A stretch of DNA of 61,302 nucleotides, counting the filler, from Sphacelaria rigidula (taxonomy: Eukaryota), in NCBI GenBank assembly GCA_964200075.2. It is 7 parts of 7 records of this genome, joined end to end, with 100 filler letters (N's around TTAATTAATTAA, not from the genome) between each part and the next. Parts side by side here need not be neighbours in the genome. Positions count along the whole stretch, not along the records: positions 8,774 to 17,446 come from CAXNAA020010428.1; positions 17,547 to 26,218 come from CAXNAA020010429.1; 5 more parts are not named here. The stretch is one strand, 5' to 3'. The position numbers and the translations under genes are program-made. The notes beneath the pieces are model-generated. The model searched no databases and was not told the origin of the DNA. It saw only the letters and a program-made list of their open reading frames with translations. This document shows positions 12,658 to 25,500 of this stretch, piece by piece. Each line of letters starts with the position of its first letter. Position 1 is the first letter of the stretch.

Positions 12658-15569
12658 ATGAATAGCCCAGGTCGACGACGATGGCGGGAAGCCGACAAGC
12701 AAGATTCTACGAGCTGCCGCAAAACAACTTTTCCCACTGACCAGCAGTACCGTTCATCCGCTCGCACACACTCATTCCGTAACATCAGTAGAGGCAAACA
12801 CCGGCATCGTGTCGTCACAAAGGCGGCGGTCGCCGTCGCTGTCGTGTTTGTGATCCTTCTCTCTTGCCGACAACCTCTCGGGGGTGTTTCGGGGTTCGTT
12901 GTGCCATCACGATGTATTGCACTTTCGACCAGCTATGATCATCTCACGATATCATCAAAGACAACGACAACATCGCGAAGACGACATCACAACATGTCGA
13001 AGATACCCACCCCCAGCAACAGCCATATCCCCAGCACGACAACAGCAACAACAGCGTCACCCACACCAACAGCAATGAACCAACAGCAGTTGCCAGAGCT
13101 GAATCACGATGAAGTACGCCGATATTCGCGACATCTTATCTTGCCGCAAGTCGGCGTAACGGGCCAACGGACGCTCAAGGCTAGCTCCGTATTGGCTGTC
13201 GGTACCGGGGGCCTAGGGTCACCCGCCCTCTTGTACCTGGCGGCGGCTGGGGTGGGACGGCTCGGAATTGTGGATGATGATGTTGTAGACGAGTCTAATT
13301 TGCAGCGACAGGTATGTCTGTAATAGCATGCGCCTACACGAGATTGTGTGGCTTTGGTCGAGGGAGTGGGGGAGGAGGCGGGGGGTGGTATTCATGGTGC
13401 TTGTCTCACGCAATTACGGTGGATAACACCCCTAGAAGCGTTCCCCAGTGGTAGCATTGTTTTGTTTCTAACACCTGGGCGCCAGATACCACAATTCTAA
13501 CCTCTTACTCTGCGTCAATAAGACATAAGTGAGAAAAGATTACGTCGGGTAACCAATGTATATGCATCTGGAGTTGGATACATGGGAAATATATGGTGTA
13601 ACGTTGTCATTGAGGATGGTGCTATAATAGAAAGAGAGTGAAGCTGCTCATCGATGGCATCAGGGTTAGCGCTGCTGTAGACCAGTCGTCGATATTGTTC
13701 CGAAATCAGGTATGGCACCCTAAGAATCAATATCGATTTTGATAATCTAATATCCATAATCACTTTCGGGCTGTGCTTTTGCGATAATACTGATGTGTAG
13801 TCACCGATGATGGGTAACTGCAGAAGACGATTTGTTTTTCGGTGCCGCTGTTATTCTACTATAGGGCAAAAGGGTAAGTTAAGGAGGGTGTACTCATGAT
13901 CTTGCATGCCGGAGTCACATGACCGTTGATCTCGTATCCCTACAAAGCCGGGACGGAACACGCCGGGTTTTCGCTGGACCAGATTCGCAATCAATCACCA
14001 AGCGCGAAGCGCCGTGATGTGTTCGGCGAGTCGCATGAAGCGCGAGCTGCATCCTGCCAAGATTTTTCGACCCGAAGCGCACAGACGATCTTACATTTGG
14101 ATGACAGCCTCGAATTGGTTGCTTCATTTTCTGGTATCGCCACTTCCAGAGACAGCCACGGTTTGAGCTGCCTCGTGGATGTCTCACCATATGAATACTA
14201 GGCAGTATCATCGTGCCCTTTGCGCGGAGCTCGGGTTCTTCACTCCGCATAATGTGATCTAGCTTCACCACCATCATGGTTACCGTCAAGTCAAGGGGGG
14301 GGGGGGATAGACTTTTGATGAAGGTCGAGGTTCCTCGCAGCTGGGGTGAACAAATGTTACCCGGCATGCTACGGCAAACGCACCTGAGACTTGAGAGTCT
14401 TTTTGCACAAATCGCATGTGTTTCACGTTTTGCGCAACATGGTTTTGGAACTTGCTCCTTCCGATGATACAAGTAGTGCTGTGTGAGGGGCGTCATGACC
14501 CCGTGGTTGGGCGCTGTCAGTGTTTTATTGGTCCGCATCACTGTTATTTGGTATGCTTGTGTTCATGGCAACTTGCACTGCACAGTACGCCACAGCCGTG
14601 CTACACTGTCGTTCGTTAACAGGCACGCACGTACCGACAGTGGTCAACTGTGTTGCCATGATGGATTTGTTCATGGTCTAGAGCTACAGTAAACACCGTT
14701 CGGTTACTGTCCCAAGACTGCAGCAACAGAGTTGCCAGGTAACTTGTCCTACGAGTACCCTGTACTGTACATCCGGTTTACTAAGAATCTGTGTCATCTG
14801 TGGGAAATGGTGATGCTTACCTGCATCTCATGTCGTCGTATTCATCGAGCATGATCGTATCAGCATGATGAAGTACATACCTGGTGTCGTAAAATATCGA
14901 GCAAGCCTCGTCACTAGCGTTGTGAATCTGTGGGATATGACGATTTTACCACACTTCCTTATTCTCCCTTTGTCTTTGTTTATTTTATTTTCTTAGTCTA
15001 GTCTATTTTTTGTTCTGCATTTTCTGTTTTCTTCACTGTTCTCATTCAGCGAGTATTTGAGTTTTGTTTCGTCTCGGGTACGTCTATCCTGTGGATAATG
15101 ACCACGGCTGGATCATGACTCGTGAAGGAGTAGTCAATTTTCGATCATCCACCAATCAATTAATCAAACACATCGCGAAAATATACACAGCTGCTGCGCC
15201 TATAAGCGCCAGGAGATGGTGTAAGCCCGAGCATAGTCAGATCGTAGTCAGGTCGTGATATATATGTAGTGTTCCATACTTTATACAGTCGGGATGAACA
15301 AACTTGCGATACCCGTACCAATACACAAATTATACGTTGCCTGTCTGTCCGCGCCTGTCTTGGACTGTCTCTGCCCCGACCTTCGTCTCCCTCTCTCTTT
15401 TCATCTCTCTACATCACAGGTGATCCACGGGACCTCTACACTGGGCAAGGCGAAAGTGGAATCAGCGAAAGAGCGCATGGTTGACGTGAACCCTCACGTG
15501 AAGGTCGAGACGTTCGAGGAGAAACTCACCAGCGAAAATGCCCTGAGAATACTGGAAGGCTATGATGTT
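12658..15569 (+). CDS. moeB: MoeB/ThiF/MoeZ-family (E1-like) adenylyltransferase with N-terminal extension; exons 12658-13311 and 15420-15569, 3' part not found in this contig
   Basis: [76 protein letters not shown] contains the ThiF-family GxGxxG and SNLQRQ motifs. The intron is phase 0, GT-AG. The start ATG is inferred. Confidence 0.92.
13886..14285 (+). repeat. Repeat family A copy in the MoeB intron
   Basis: Colinear similarity with 20867-21318 and 47457-47973 (CCCTACAAAGCCGGGACGGA; GAGTCGCATGAAG; CACTTCCAGAGACAGCCACGG). Confidence 0.88.
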
Positions 15570-16189
15570 GTGAGTTTTTGCTATTGGAATCCCATGCGGG
15601 CAAAATGATCGAAGAGAAAAAACTACGAACAAAATAGACCGACCGCAAACTACGTTGGCTAGTAGCAGTTATTACTTTTTTATTGTTGTTTCCGTCACAT
15701 CAGCTCGATCTCTCGAACCCGTGGTCACAGAGCGCACGGAGCATACCATCCATATCCATAAATTAATTACCCCATCAGAGGAAGGCGAGAAATAAAAAAA
15801 TCTGCACGAAAAAAACGGCACCTAAACTACGAAGGAGCCGTAAAAGACCAATTGAACTACAGGAGGCGTAATGTAAGCTAAAAAGTCCCGGCGTACGACC
15901 TCTCCGACTACCTTGCCACGGGTTGGTGCCTACACGGGGTAGTAACAGCGAGTAAGCCGGTAATCAAAATGTGACATAGAAAAGGAACCGGTCCCAAATA
16001 GATCTACTGTCTAGTAGTAGCAGCAGTAGTAGAACCACATTTTGAAATCACTGTCAAGTCCTGTCACAACACATCCACGACCACTTCATGCAGTAATTAA
16101 TTGTAAGCTGTGTGGTTTGGTGTCGCATGCGGTTCCGCGGATGTCCAGAGCAAAGTGCTCGTATCACTGTTCGATTTCTGATATTAATA

Positions 16190-16450
16190 GGGTCGGACGA
16201 ATTCATGATTTCGTCTGGAAATTGCTTGATTATAGTGTAATGAATTCGTGCCGTACGAATCGATCCTTAGGCTTTGTTTTCAGCGTTGCAACTCAGGTAC
16301 GTGCAGCCCAGAGACACGTGTAATGGCGCAAGAATTGCGCGGAGACGTTTTTGACCAGCGGTCAACTTTTTTTATCTCGTTCGAGCAACCAGGCCTGAGA
16401 AATCGTGGATTTGGTGATTCGGCACGGTGATGTTTCGTCCGAACCATGGA
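16190..16450 (+). repeat. Repeat family B; diverged inverted copy at ~28050-28295 on another contig
   Basis: TTTTCAGCGTTGCAACTCAGGTACGTGCAGC...TTTTTGACCAGCGGTCAAC corresponds to the reverse complement of GTTGACCGCTAGTCAAAAA...GCTGCACGTACCTGGCTTGCAACACTGAAAA. Confidence 0.7.
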
Positions 16451-17705
16451 TTTCTGTTCATCCGAAACCACATCTGTGCTTTTCGTTTTTCGCGCCACCA
16501 GGATCTCCGGTCTGGGTTGTGTGCCCCAGAAATGTGTGATCAAGTATCCACGCATACCTACCATAGGCATCCCAGGGTAAAAACACGCGATATCCACAAC
16601 GATCCAGTGACTCTTTGCGCTGCTTGGTTTGCTGTATTGGACAAAACCGGAGCTGCAATGCCGAAAAGTACGCATCGTTTTTTTGCCCAACTTGAAGAAT
16701 GATCAAGAGAGACGACTTGACATGAAGAAAAGTGCCGCCCAGACGGCCCTGTCGGAGCAAATCTCTCGGAGCAGGATCTAAGTCAACGACTAATGGTACA
16801 CGGTCGCGGTAGCTCTTTTCTGCGTAGGGAGCTGTCCTCACCAGTTTGTTTGTGTGAACCACGTTATTTGTTGTCTGAACTCGCGTTTTCCCTGGTTCTG
16901 GTACGTGGATACGGTGAGAAGGCTTTTGTAGGAGGCGTCGACCTTCGTGAGCACTTTTCGACGAGACTTTCAAGGATTGTTTGAAATATCAACCGGACCT
17001 GATATTTGGCCCCAGAGTGCTTCGAACTCAACTTCAACGGTACGGTTTGTCTGATGCAGCTCAGGGTTCATACACCATATGCTGTGTTTTGATGGCTGCT
17101 TTGTTGCAGTTTGAGCACGAACGCAAAAAATTGAGAGTGTCTCGTCTGCTGTGTCGTAGATTGCAGCTGAAATAGGGGGTTTTTGTAATTTTTTCGTACA
17201 GTAGTCGACAATTTTCAATAGTTTTTCGCGTGCCACCGCTTATCCAAGTGAACATTTGATCACATAGTTTGAGGGTTGGGAGATAGTAGGCACGCGCTCC
17301 ACATGCTCTGCGCTCAGTATTGAACGACTTACGGGCTGAGTTGACGGGTGTGTTATTGACCGTTTTGGGTCCAAAACACTTTTTTTCCCGGCTGTAGTGC
17401 GACGGATACGCACAGTAGTGGGCGGTCTAACTATTTAGGGGTGTTTNNNNNNNNNNNNNNNNNNNNNNNNNNNNNNNNNNNNNNNNNNNNTTAATTAATT
17501 AANNNNNNNNNNNNNNNNNNNNNNNNNNNNNNNNNNNNNNNNNNNNTTGCTTTATTTTGTGGTATCGCCACTTCCAGAGACAGCCACGGCTTTTACACTG
17601 CCTGGGCGGGGGTTACAAGGACAATAGCAAAAACAAGGACGCCCCTCTATTTTATGGCTACAGCAGAGGTACAGTTTGCACACCCGTGCTTGCCCCCTCT
17701 CGCAG

Positions 17706-19473
17706 GCTGCAGCGCGCGCCCATCGGCACTCCGCAAGCGGGCGACGAGGCTCACGCCTCGCGGACGGCGACCTGCTGGACCTCGACGTGGACTCCGACAA
17801 GAACAAGACTCGGGTGGCGGTGGACAAAGGAAGGGTGCGCAAAGAGCGCTGGCATTGAGTACAAAAACCATCGGGGGGGAGGAGAGTAGTGGTCGATTAG
17901 AGATGTGTTTTGATCGATTGATTGCAATATTCGTTGGTCGATTGTTGCGTATCAACTGGTCCACTATGTATCCAGCTCTGTTCACACAAACGAAAATTGA
18001 CGAGTTCAAGGTAATCAGAACGGGAACGCTCACGCGCTGAAAGAGACTCAAGAAGATGGGGGGGAAACCACGAGAACGACGGAGAAATCATGGTGAAATG
18101 GAGAGAAAGAAGATAGAAAATAACACGCAAGTAAGAGCAGGATAGGGAACAAAGTAGGAGGAGAGAAAGAGTAACGCCGGATTAAGATATAGTTCTGATC
18201 CCGAAATTCCCCCCGACAGGCGCCTGCTTGGACTTCAGGTACAGAGACCGTACGGGGAGTATATTATACCGTACAAGCATTCTGCGAGCCAGCTATCTGG
18301 CTGGGAACCTCGTTATCTAATCTGAGCATAAACTCGCACTCTCCCTCTCTTGCTCTGCAAAAGCAAGACACAACTATCAACACGGCTGAGAGAGAATAAC
18401 GACAAGAAAAGAAGCAAGAGGAAAGGGGGGTTGGTACAAAGAAAGCATGTAACAACGGGGAGGGGGTGAGGGAAAACAAACAAGAAAACAAGGGAACAGG
18501 GAACAAGAACGGCAACCGAAGAAATATCAACTCGGATGTTTGAAAAACAAAATGCACAGACCGTGAAAGGAGTTATTTATAGGGTGCATCGGTAGAGGTG
18601 CACGCGAGAGTAAATTCACGGACGATGGCAAACGGTAGGGGTATGAGGTCTTGCTTCATCCCCCTTCATCCCTAGTCACGTACAGATCAAGCCAATCTCT
18701 CGATCATCTCCATCCTGGGTCTTTCGCGGGCTGTTGGTGACATTTATTGTGCCGGGAACGGCAGCCCCTCTACTGGGGGCTTTCAGCGCAATAGACGTAA
18801 GTCACTCGGATCGTCGGTAGGAAAGAGTGAACAAGACTGAATCACGGTGGGAATAGTCGTATGCGTGAAGAGACAAAAAGTTACCCATAGCTCGTTGACC
18901 ACGGTGATGATGATCGCTTTTAGTCGACTCCAATGAAGTACTGTATTCTCGACTACGTTTCAGTCGTCGCGGTATCCCCAGCCTAAAGGGAGCAGCTCCG
19001 TTATCACTTGTTACGCCCGCCGCCACTGGTTTCCCAGGTCGAATCGACGTGCGAAGGATTTCGCAGCTGAACCGCTTCGCGGCAGGCAGATTATTGGTGC
19101 CCATGTAGTTTGCGAAATAAACGCGGGACCGCGTTACTCCTCTCATTCCTGCCATCTGCCTTATTCCGCAGAATCCAAATCGACATGTACCGACCGGATT
19201 CACGTTCCTTAGGTGTGTCGTTTGTCGCGTGTATTTCAATGTTCAAATTCGGTCGGTCGAGCCGCCCGCTCCGTATTACCCGATGAGGCTGCAGTAGCAG
19301 GAGCAACGGCTACTAGGAAGGATCCTGTGCGAGGGAGTCCTCCGATGGAAATATGTGGAGCCTGATATGGCCGTTCACCGAACCCAAATGTCGGCAGGAG
19401 GCAGCGTGTCATGCCTATCCAGCCTTTATACCGAAATAGCATCCGATCACCAGCTGCGTCCCCGTATCAAGCG

Positions 19474-19506
<33 letters not shown>

Positions 19507-22500
19507 CCGGGGAAGGGGCGGCGGAACAGACGAAGAACCCGGAAAAAAGCAAAAAAAAACAACAACCACCCCCCCCNNNNNNNNNNTCTGTCCCATCCAC
19601 CCCTTAACCCAAAACACCCCCCCGCCCCCCCCGGCGGCCCCCTTACAGGCCCCCCCCCCCCCCCCCCGTGCCCGGAATTGCAGGAATGGTAGCGAGGTCA
19701 ACGATCGACATGCTAGAAGAAGCATCAATACTCCTACTGCACCCGTTTCCGCTTCGTGTGTGCTCCGTTGTCCCATGAAAAAACTGAAAATAGATGATGG
19801 ATTTCGTCCAAAGGGTTCGAGATTCTCGGACCGCGCAGGCACGACGACAAGCGCTCCAAAGATTCACGTATGACTCCGTCGTACAGGAGGAGTCTGTCCC
19901 ACAGCTAGCGCTAAATATTGAGTCTGTGGGCTTCATTCCCGCGCGGAAGAGAGCACTGTGTCCTCAGGTACGAGTGCCCCTTCTCATAAAGAACCAACAT
20001 CACAATCTGGGGTGCAGTGTGCTGGGGCAGAAAGGGGTCTGCGCACCCGTGTGGGGGTCTGATGTGAGAAAGATGGGGATGATCTTCAAGGTATGATGAG
20101 CTGAATCATTACAAACGATGCTGAACGTGCTGATCAACATTATTTGTGTTTTGTTTCCTTTCTAGAAGTTTGAACGGGCGTACGAAGATATGGAGGATAG
20201 TCTAGTGGAATGGCGGTACACCGCTACTCAGAATGACATGTTTAACTCATGCCAATATGTGTGGCACAAATTGCTTACTCTAGGGAGATCGTACTGGTGG
20301 TCAGAATGGGCCTGTGGAAGCCAGCGCCGTAACAACTTCGGAGACAAGGTTTGAATGATTGCTAGACTTTGCAAAAGAGAACCGCCGAGCAAGTACCCTG
20401 TGGTGAATAATGTATGCACCCCGTTCAGGTGGACGTGTTGGCTAACATACCCGGTCAAATGACGTTAAAAAGCCGCCTCGTTTTCCGCGCACAAAGCATC
20501 TTGAACGCGGTATCGTTCGTGCATCATCGTCTCCGTCAATCGCGTACACGCCACTCACTGGAACCAAACGCGCGGGAGGGTCTGTTCGTTCCAAGCATCT
20601 CACGGCCAGTTCCACCGGTTTTCCTTAGCTAGCCCATAGTTACTCGCATACCCACCTCGCGTTCGATGCGCGGGACAACAGGGGCAATCTGGTAAAGTTG
20701 TGCTGGTTCTAACTTGCAACACTGTCCATCCTTTCCGTTTGGCTCCTCGTGCGTCCCTGCCACTCACTACGCCCCCGGTGGGTGCGGTGGCTACACCTGT
20801 AGCCGAAAGAAAGAGCGGCAGCGACGGTTCAACTAGATCAGGTACGGTTTCATTCGACCGGGGAAATGTACTCATGATCTTGCATGCCGTAGTCATAAGA
20901 CCCTTGGCCTCACATCCTCACATAGCCGGGGCGGAGCATGCCAAATTTTCTCCGGACCAGGCTCGCAGTCACCAAGCGCGAATCGCCGTGATGTGTTGCC
21001 GAGTCGCATGAAGGATCAGCTGCATCCTGCTAGTAGTGTTCGGCTCAAATCGTACTGATTATCTTGCATACGGATGACAGCCTACAATGAGATACTTGCA
21101 TTGTTGTGTAAAGCCACTTCCAGAGACAGCCACGGGTTATACTGCCTCATAAATGTCTCGCCATATGAAGACTACGTGGAACGATCGTCCCCTTCGCGCG
21201 GAGTTAAGGACCTTTTGCCGTAAAAAGTCCGAGGGCGAAAACGAACGGTAACCTGGTTGCCTAGCTTTTGCAGTGCGTGACGCGTTCTACAGCGTCGTTG
21301 CCAACCGACGCCAACCCTTCAAGAAGGGCGACATTTTATCAGGGAAGGAGAGGGGGCATTTATCACCCTGCTGCTACGGTGGTATTTTGCGTAATGCTAC
21401 AACGGGGATTCCTCCTGTTGTAGTTTTTTGGGGGGAGGCAACAGGCATGAGCTTCCCCGTGGATGCTTCAGCGCCGACGCACCCTTCGATTGTTGGTGGA
21501 AGGGACCGTCAACCCCCGTCGTTGAGCACGTTGCAACTACGGAGTAAAACAGGCACTGTACACACATACCAATGTACTATGATTCACCACTGTTTTGATG
21601 AATGAAGAACGCCCAAACCGCTGTAGCTACACCGTATCATTTTTCCACTCCACTCTCCCTTTTCATCAATGGTTTCCCCGCGTGCGCACCCGCTCTTGAC
21701 ACAGCATGCGAAACTGATATAACTATAAAGTGTCCTTTCTCGAGACGCCGCACTTGATAGCATTTTCTGGTGTCAAAACTACACGTTGGACACGGACAAA
21801 CCTTTACATAAACTCACATAGATAAATGGGATGCGGATAAGCATGAATCATGGTGAGCTACTAATACAAAAGAAGCAAAACTTCAAGACGACCTGGCCAT
21901 TGTGGCACTGTAGTAACCAGACGACTACTGGATGGTACCATTTTCGTAACTTCTTCAGCGCCTGCTATCATAGGTAGCCAATGTCATTCTTGACGTACAC
22001 ACCGGATATACTTCTTCCATTCCTTCGGATGTTGCTTGAAAGTCGTGAACTGTTTCCCTTTGAACGTGGCAAAATTCCGACATGTATGGCCAGTGCCGTC
22101 TTCTGCTTCAGATTATATCGGCACGGAACGTGCCCGTCAGAGCGTCCGAGGAAGCGGGAGGTTTTGCCACGTCGCCTACGCCAGCCGGGAGAGGGATCAC
22201 GGGAGGAGGTGGAGGGGGAGAGATAAGCCGACCGTCATCTCCGATCGATGACGAATTCGAAGTGGTGAGAACCTGTTTTGTGTGGAACTGTAGTTCCTTT
22301 TTGTGGAGTAGAATACCATGTACCCTTTTAACCTGCAGTCATTTTGCCCTTAGCTCGTCAGTGATTCTTGATTACCTTCAACGTGGCTGATGGACGCCTA
22401 CGTTCTTCATTCTACAGGGAAGTATATATATATATATATAGTGTACGGAGAGCAGAGATTCATTACACAGTAGAGCGCGGTGATTTGACACGGAATTTTG

Positions 22501-25500
22501 ACCGCCCTACATTCAATTGGTCCCCACGATTATTTTTCCCGGTCGACCGGCGATGGACTTGTACTCAATACCTTTGACTCCACTGCAACATAGGGGCACC
22601 CCACACTATTTAGGAGCGCCATGAGTCGCGGCCCTCAACGCGTGTCGAGACGGTGGCTGACACAGACAGGAGAGGAAGGGTGACATTGGTAGACCCGCGA
22701 CGCTGGTGCTTATCATCAAGTATTTTGAGAGGGGGGGAAAAGCAGGGATGCTCTCGATGACGTGATGTGAGTTTTGCTTATACTCCAAGCCCTCTCTCCC
22801 TTCTGTTGTGCGACAGGAGGAGAGGAATAACCGTCAGAAAGGGATGTTGTCAGCGTTCGTCGTGGTGCAATTCCAGGACACGACGTGAGTTTCCGGAAGT
22901 GCGCTACGACTCGCCCTGTAGTAGTGCAGGAGAAAGATATCATCTATTGCTCTTGCCACTGCACACGTGGAGATACCGTTCTTTGCCTTCCGAACAAGCC
23001 AAATCATAGCGCAGCTTCCTGAAAAACACAATACGATGGTGGGCGGGCAAGGCCCGCGCGCCTCTCCGAAAATTGGTGCTGACTTTGCTCCCGCTGCGCG
23101 ACTTCGGAACATCTATCATGCATTTCGGAAAAATGAACATACCCGGAGCGGTGACTCGTACGTTGTTTACGGTGCTCAGATAGTGCAGGACCCCCAAGAG
23201 ATGAGGTACCTTCTACTCCGCAATGAAGATCGTCGTTGAACCAGATAACACATGCAGGCATACTGCTTGCATGATTTACTCGCGACCACGCCAAACAACC
23301 CAAAATGTGATTCTCGGGAACACTCGGCACTCACCATTCCACTTTCGCACGTTCAAAGACGGCAATAAAAGAGCGAAAGTAAGTAGACCTGACACATTGT
23401 TGTCAGGATTCCTTGTCATGCGGGGTGGCTTTCAGTAGAGTAGGTCGACCCCGGTCTCAACGAAGCCTGGTTCTGGTTGAGAACTCACTTGATATCGGCA
23501 CAAGCGTGCACGTGCTATTCCGTTGAAACATGATCTTTGTACTGCGTCACCTCACCACACATCGAAATACAGAACCACCGCGTGTCGACAAAAACGTCGG
23601 AACGATTCAAGGTCCAGATTTCGCGCACTTTCCGTCATGCTCCAGTAACATTCCACCTCTTAACTACGGGGTGTTTGTTGTGCCCAAAACCCTGTCCGTG
23701 GGGTGGTTTTGACTGTTCCCTCAGGAAAAGAACAAGCGTGTACGAGGGGTTGACACCGTTATGGAAAGAGAGTCTGGATCTCCCGTTTACCCCTCCGATG
23801 GCCGACTTTTCTCCGGCAAACCTCGCTCAGGTGGGTTCCCCATCGCACATACATGCAACTGCTGTGTAGCAGTGAGGAGAATGTGCTTGTGGTATTGTCT
23901 AAGAAAAATCGGTAGTAATTTTTTGAAAAATTTCATCAACCTTCCCTGTGTTCGAAGTCCAACATCCACCTTTTGAGAAATTGGGTACTTTTACTTCAAG
24001 GGGCTGTTTCCTCCCCCCCGCCCGAAATCTCCGATTTTTTCGGGAAACTTCCTCTCCGAAACATTTGAGAGCAGATTTCTTAACCAGGTCAGCCAAAACT
24101 GCAGATCGATGCGAAGACTGAACACAGAATACTCCGGAAATCTAGTGTCTGATTTTTTTTCCGCATTCTTGTTTTTACAAGTCGGAGCACAAAAGTCAAG
24201 GTTTTTCGGGGGGAAAATTGAAAAGTTGAAGGGTTGGAAAGTTGAAAAAGTTGAAAAAATTGAAAAAAATGACCCACTACTAATAGTACCCCTTATTATT
24301 AAATTCAAGGTTTTTCGGGGGGAAAATCGAAAAGTTGAAGGGTTGGAAAGTTGAAAAAGTTGAAAAAGTTGAAAGAGTTGAAAAAGCATGACCCACTACT
24401 AACAGTACCCCTTGTTATTAAATTCAAGGTTTTTCGGGGGGGAAATTGAAAAGTTAAAAGGGTTGGAAAGTTGAAAAAGTTGAAAAAGTTGAAAAAGTGG
24501 CAGAGGTGGAAAAGGTGGAGAAGGTTGAAATGCATGACCCACTACTAGTAGTGCCCCTCAATGGGAGCAACTAAGCAGCTGACATCTGCTGACTCGGGCG
24601 GCATCTGGGAGCTGACCTCGGGCCGTTCAGCTTGATGTAGCTGGCCGTCCAACGCGGTCACACACCGTTCTTGACACGCCAGTGTTAATATGGCGATGAA
24701 AAACCGCTGGGTACTCGATATACTAAACCATACGTCAGTTGTGTTACTCACGCGCTGGGGTTGGACATTCTGCCGCTTGCTTGTGTGTTTCTACGCTCCG
24801 GAAGGAAACCCAACATTGAAAGATGACACCGAGTACCAGTCGCGTTCGCATATTCAAAGCCCCCGCGATATATTGGATGCCGTCACGACTTTGACTGACG
24901 AGTGGTAACTTTTTCAGGATACCATCGAGTGCTGAGAAAAAAATATGGATATTGCAGCAATACGAAGATAAACATTTTCCCAATGAAATAGCCTATGTAT
25001 TACCACTTGATCAAGGTCCGACAGAGAATCAAAAACGCCGCCTAAGACAGAAAACGGTTGCCCGCGCTCATCGTTTGTAGGTGCGGGAACTGATCATCAT
25101 ATCTTTGTTCGATGAGGTGGAGTTCGACGACCGTGGAAACGGGGGATATCTTGACGGTGAGACGTCCGTCAGGAGGGAGAAACATTTTTTGGGCTCGGTC
25201 GTCCTACCGTTTCAGGTGAGAAAATATATACAGTACGAGTAGTTGCAGGAGAAGAAGTGGTTTGTGTTGGACAAGTCTTTCCGACGACATGCGGACAAAC
25301 CGCTACCCTTTTAGGGACGAGCAGTTGCTGCTTTGGTTTCCAGGGTGTGCCAACATGTGACGTGTTTCTAATTTTAGGCCCTTGTATCGATTCCCTTGCC
25401 CGTTGCCATCTGGCGATCTGCCTCCACAAGAGCACTCTTTGCTTTACACATCATTGGTACGTCGAAGTCATGGTTCTGATCTCTATGCCAGCCAAAAGAA

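Noticed and set aside
9992..15569. mTERF and MoeB as a functional organellar gene cluster
   Set aside because: Adjacency of two genes in a eukaryotic contig is not evidence of a shared pathway.
19355..19873. Poly-Pro/poly-Gly ORFs (also 44630-45186 and the G-run at 26131-26153)
   Set aside because: They derive from poly-C/G tracts beside 10-N gaps or contig ends, which is low-quality sequence inside introns or at exon edges.
20166..20215. Possible small CC2D2A exon (KFERAYEDMEDSLVEW)
   Set aside because: It has an acceptor-like site, but the peptide does not match the expected segment and the donor phase does not fit the next exon.
24196..24550. CRISPR-like array
   Set aside because: The inter-repeat sequences are themselves repeats rather than unique spacers, there are no cas genes, and it lies in a eukaryotic intron.
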